NCBI GenBank assembly: GCA_001938485.1
Contig: MQRK01245662.1
Location: 17,595-74,194, forward strand
Reading direction: 5' to 3'
DNA: 56,600 nucleotides
Source of the DNA: Girardia tigrina
Taxonomy: Eukaryota
Shown piece after piece: positions 51,921-56,600 of the stretch. A program made the position numbers and the translations under genes. The notes under the pieces are model-generated. The model was not told the origin of the DNA. It ran no database searches and saw nothing but the letters and a program-made list of their open reading frames with translations. The stretch's first letter is position 1; the number at the start of each line of letters is the position of its first letter.

Positions 51921-51957
51921 ACAATATATTTCGACGAAATATCAGTCGTCATCAGGC
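51921..51957 (-). ncRNA. Minimal hammerhead ribozyme (HHR7)
   Basis: Minus strand gc-CTGATGA-C-GACTGA tatt TCGTC-GAA-ATATAT-T-gt. Confidence 0.75.
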
Positions 51958-51984
51958 ACTTCTGATCTTATCTGTCAAGCTTAT

Positions 51985-52281
51985 GATCCACAGACATTAC
52001 GCATAAAATTTATTACACATAAAATTTATTACACATAAAATTTATTACACAAAATTTATTACACATAAAATTTATTACACAAAATTTATTACACACAAAA
52101 TTTATTACACATAAAATTAATTTATCATAAAGTTTATTTAGCATCAATTAGCAATAAATTTTATGCAAATTGATACTAAATAGATTTTATGCTTAATAAA
52201 TTTTATATAAATTGATGCTAAATAAACTTTATGCTAAATTAATTTTATGTGTAATAAATTTTATGTGTAATGTCTAGGTAC
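51985..52281. mobile_element. MULE/Foldback-type MITE
   Basis: Inverted arms built of CACATAAAATTTATTA subrepeats; 9-bp TSD CAAGCTTAT at 51976-51984 and 52282-52290. Confidence 0.8.
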
Positions 52282-52842
52282 CAAGCTTATATATACACAA
52301 TTGTGATTTCGTCACTAATTATGTAATTGTTGCTTCACGTAAACACTTTTAACAAAGTTGATGAGTCACCTGAATTCACATTAATTTAATTATTCATGTC
52401 TGACACTAGACTCTTTCCTAATAATTTTTAAAATTGTAGCATAGTACTTTAGAATTATTTATTTCAACAGTAGTTTTACAGTACTTTTTATGTTCAATAA
52501 TAATACTACTGTCACTTTTATTTTAATTATTATTATTTAAAATTATTTACTGTTGAAGAATGATACATTTCAATTTTTTCATACATTTCGGATTAATACA
52601 CCAGTAATACAAAAGTCAAGAAGAGTCGAAATAATTGTTATTTCACTACGGCAACAGAATTAAAGAAGGAAGGCAAGAATATTTTGGGGTTTCCTAATTT
52701 GAAAATTCACTGGCAGAAGTATGTAGAGTAATAAAGCTCAGAAGCCGAGAGATAAATATTTGTTGATTTACAAGTCTAATGCACATTTAATTTTGTTACT
52801 GTTTTCCTTTCTTGTTAAGTCTTAAGATTTGTTGATTACACC

Positions 52843-54030
52843 TACGTAGTGCGTCCAAAAGTATCCGGAATGAAGGTTTAATTATATCAATTTATTTATT
52901 TCTTGAGATATATTCCTTGAAATAAAACTGAAATGCTATGTGTATGTATTCTATTTTTGTATACTATCATTTTTTCGCCATAATTATGTATTTTCTTTTG
53001 GAATTTTGTAGTGTGATAAAGTTTCTTGTTTCGATGAAGTTTTTAGCAAAGGAAATTTTTGAGATGAGGAATGTATACCATCATAAAAGCCCATCCAAAA
53101 CTACTATTGAAGACTGGATCGCACAGTTACAGAATGATAGACAAAGTGTTTTCGATGAGAATAGTACCGAAAGACCTTTGAAAATAAGCAAAATCCTTAA
53201 AGAAAAATTTGAAAATATTGTCAAAATTGACAGACGCATCACAACAAGAATGCTCTTCAACATATTGAATGTGAGCAAAGGAATTTTAGATTTCTTAATA
53301 AAGTCTATAGGTATGAAAAAACTTTCTTCCCGATTCGTTTCACGCTTCTACATTTGAGCAAGTTGTAGATATTTTTCTGCAAAACATCGTGACAGTTGAT
53401 GAAACCCCGCTTTTTCTGTATCTACCGGTTATTAAACAATAGTTTAATGAGTCAACATTCTTAAACGGGACAAGCTTAAAGAAGCTAGGTGCACCAACTT
53501 TCCGACGGAAATCTCTCATGATTAGGATTTTTGGGATTTCCATAGTGTGCTTTCAAGAGATTTTGGTGGCAAGACTGTTAAAATTAATTCCTGTTTCTAT
53601 GTCGAGCAAGTCCAGAAAACTAGGAAGTTTAGACGAAAATTCAACATATGCAATATCTTTTTTCTCTGAGACAATTCCCATATACACACAAGTACATTCT
53701 CAATAAGTGGGTTTCCACAGCATCCAACATCATCTTTATTCATCGGACTCAGCTCCGAGTGATTTTATTTGTTCCTCCATTTCAATAAACACCTAAGACC
53801 TGTCTCCTCAAAAGAAGTGTTAAGATATGGTGAAACAATTCTTGGTGAATCAACCATCTATTTTCTACAAAAATGCTTTCTTGGAGCTGGTATGACACTG
53901 GTAGAAGTATGTACAGAATAGGGGGTCCTATATTGAAAAATAAATACCTATACAACCCATTAATGTTGGTTAAAAATATTATTCATGTGTCATGTTCTTT
54001 TCTACTTGATTCCGGTTTTTTAATTGCTTT
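52843..54030 (+). mobile_element. Decayed mariner transposon
   Basis: TIR-like TACGTAGTGCGTCCAAAAGTATCCGGAAT; MKKLSSRFVSR, NIVTVDETP and HHLYSSDSAPSDFICS remnants with stops and frameshifts. Confidence 0.85.
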
Positions 54031-54138
54031 TCCACACAAAAAAGTGTTTAACTTAGACGATCAAAATTTAATCATAAACGAAAGTGAAATAAGTGATAAA
54101 AATAAAACTCAAAACTTCATTTGAACATATTTTCTAGG

Positions 54139-54387
54139 TTAACAGAGCCGAATTTACTCGGGTTGGTGCAAGTGGTAAGTTGACATTAGTACCAAAAATA
54201 AAAAAAATCTGTATCAAACATAAATGAAAAATTCTCAAAATTCTCAAAATCTCAAACGGCCCTCACTGTGTATTCTCAGTTGTGTAGCTTACCAAAGTTC
54301 TGTTATTTCGTGGTAAAAGTACATATATTAGATAAATATATCGAAAGTATGGCGAGCGAAATCATCCCTGGCAGCGAATGGGTTAAT
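54139..54387. mobile_element. piggyBac-like MITE remnant
   Basis: Right end ...CCCTGGCAGCGAATGGG-TTAA. Confidence 0.45.
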
Positions 54388-56600
54388 TAACAGAATTTCT
54401 GTCCCCCCTGAGCCATTTACAATTTTTGGATCAAATTTTGTAATTATTTATTAAAAATCTCAAAGTCGTCTTCGTAATAACTTATTTCTTCATTTTATAA
54501 TCTTTTATTTATAATTTTATTAATTTTCGCGATAAAATGTTTAATATTTTTAAAATATATTAAATTATTAATTTTAATTGATTAATTTTATTTTTTTTTA
54601 TTTAAAATAAATTATTTTTATTAAAAAATATATTGATTTCATTATTTAATTATGATATTTATTAGTGATTATTTATTTATTTATTTATTTTAAAATATTT
54701 ATTATTATTTATATACATAAAATATTGTTTATTTTAATTTGTCATTTTTTTTAATTTTATGTTATGGATTATTGGTAAAGTTGAAATAAATCATAAAAAC
54801 GGCTCACAGTGATTACGAGATATATTTATATTCTTGCCAAATGTTCCACAACCTTCAAAAGAAAGAATTATTGTTTATTGCTGCAGTTTAAACTGGGAAC
54901 ATATGGATGTCAGGTGGTAAAATAAATATTTGTAGGCCGACACCAGTTTGACTTTTATGGCCCAAGTTCATTTGGAAATGTCCAAGTTGAATTTCGGATT
55001 GAAAATCGTCCAAATAAATTTTAGAGATTCGCAGGGGAATGGAACCAGTAAAAAAGCAACATTTGTTTATTTTCTGTTTTGATTATAAATTTTCGTAGCA
55101 AGTGTAAAACATTTTATTCGATTATAAATCCATTGGTACAAAATATAAAACTCGTTTTTGCGTAAATAAACATGAGACAGATTCATCAGTTGCCATTTTG
55201 ATGATGAATGTCACCCTTTAATCCTTCTGTAGACCCTTAACCTTGGGTTGGCAGGAACACATTTTCATTGACCATAAGTTGTTAACATTTATTTTCGTAT
55301 TTCAAATACTCTGTAGTAACCATTAATATTTTAGATCAAATTAAACTAAATCATACACATATTTATCATATACACATTTATAATACATGTATAAAAAATT
55401 CAATACTTTTTTCTATTAAAAATCAAAGGTGAGGATCGAATCTAAATGCAAAACGAAAACATAAAACGAAAGAAAAAAATTCTCATGTACATCTATGTGG
55501 TATGAATACAATTTTCCGACTACAAACTAATTGATTTCCTTTTAAAAATAACTAAATATTTTTATTAAAAGATAGACGCCAGAAGTGATACAATAAACGA
55601 TAAGTATATAACAGTGTATACAGGATGTATACTACAGCTGTATGATACAGCCTAGCCAATGTGATTTGAATATGTAATAAAACTTGAATATTATGATACT
55701 TTTTGATGTAAAGTAGCTTATTTTTGTTATATGCCTCTGGAGTTTCCAACGCGTACACCAGTATTTTCTTTATAAGCTGAAAAAATTTTCAGAATGACAA
55801 TTTTTATTCAAAAGCATTCATTTATGTAGTTATAAAAGGGATTATCGCACCAATGGCATGCTTTAACATCTTTTAATTGTGATAACCCACCTTTATTTCC
55901 GATAAACCTACAACAACTGCCATAATTATTGCTTCTATAACGTATTTGATTAAATGATGTTAAATAACCGTGCTCTAGTAAGTTTCTGAATACAAGATTT
56001 CAGATATCCGCGCACTTGAAAGAAAATTAGAGGGAACGTTGCTTGTGAGGTGATTATTATTTACAGAACATTTAAGTGGAAGCGATTCGAAAAACCTACG
56101 AGCAAATCAGAAATGATGATTCAGAGACTTCAGTACAAAAGTAGCTCATGACACTTGTATTTGGTGGCATTAATTGGGATAAACGTTATTATTTCTTGGT
56201 TAATCACGGAAAAGCAATAAATATGGGTCTACATGACGAAGACGACTTACACTCCCCCCAATGGACGTGTGACGAGCACACCATATACTCAGAAAAGGAC
56301 ATTTAAATAACTAATTGGAATAACACGGATAATCGGATGTCCCAAGAAATTTGTAAAAAACAGCTCACGATACATTTAAAGATGTAGGGTTTTCTTTAAG
56401 GTATATTTGGCCAATATTAGATATTTTTATATTTGTTGATATAAAAACGATGCATTACAATTAGTGTTAAAATGTTATACGTATATATATATATATATAT
56501 TTCGAAAATATAATTTGATTAAAGCTTTTTTAATACAACTATTGGACATGTTTCGATGTTTATATACATCATCATCAGCAATTTTCTATTGAATTGTTTG

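Larger units (their letters stand above)
51895..52440 (-). mobile_element. Inverted PLE 3'-end (pLTR-like) fragment interrupted by a MITE
   Basis: Minus-strand GTGACTCATCAACTTTGTTAAAAGTGTTTAC...TATATAAGCTT...GATCAGAAGTGCCTGATGA is closely similar to 49078-49226. Confidence 0.75.

Noticed and set aside
52000-52130. CRISPR-like repeat array
   Set aside because: Contiguous 14-16 bp subrepeats without spacers inside a eukaryotic MITE.
46123-56600. Further upstream PMCA exons (KGASE, DKTGT motifs)
   Set aside because: None found by eye; the intron appears to run beyond the window.

Overview
AT-rich eukaryotic genomic DNA, probably from a planarian flatworm (inferred from 42-52 bp introns, TTAGGG repeats, a TRAF-family copy and the transposon mix). 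The main gene is the 3' two-thirds of a plasma-membrane Ca2+-ATPase (PMCA/ATP2B type) on the minus strand. Seven constitutive exons lie between 46122 and 23422; the 5' exons are not in the window. Downstream of the split calmodulin-binding domain (splice site C) there are two alternative terminal exons (8350-8676, 7884-8048), a 9-nt microexon (13528-13536) and two further candidate exons. A disabled, intron-containing TRAF gene occupies 952-2380. The introns and flanks are filled with mobile DNA: an intact-ORF mariner (DD35D spacing), decayed mariner/maT/pogo copies, Gypsy fragments, solo LTRs, MITEs, Penelope-like element (PLE) remnants, and a ~3.2 kb element with a 500-bp inverted repeat and a dense RFX X-box cluster. 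The most notable unannotated signal is seven minimal hammerhead ribozymes with covarying stems and palindromic stem III. A six-copy unclassified terminus motif (TGAGGAAT...CTCCTACCCAGATGG) accompanies them. Motif and ribozyme appear to bracket non-autonomous PLE-derived units, one of which may carry the TRAF gene as cargo; this last point is a hypothesis.
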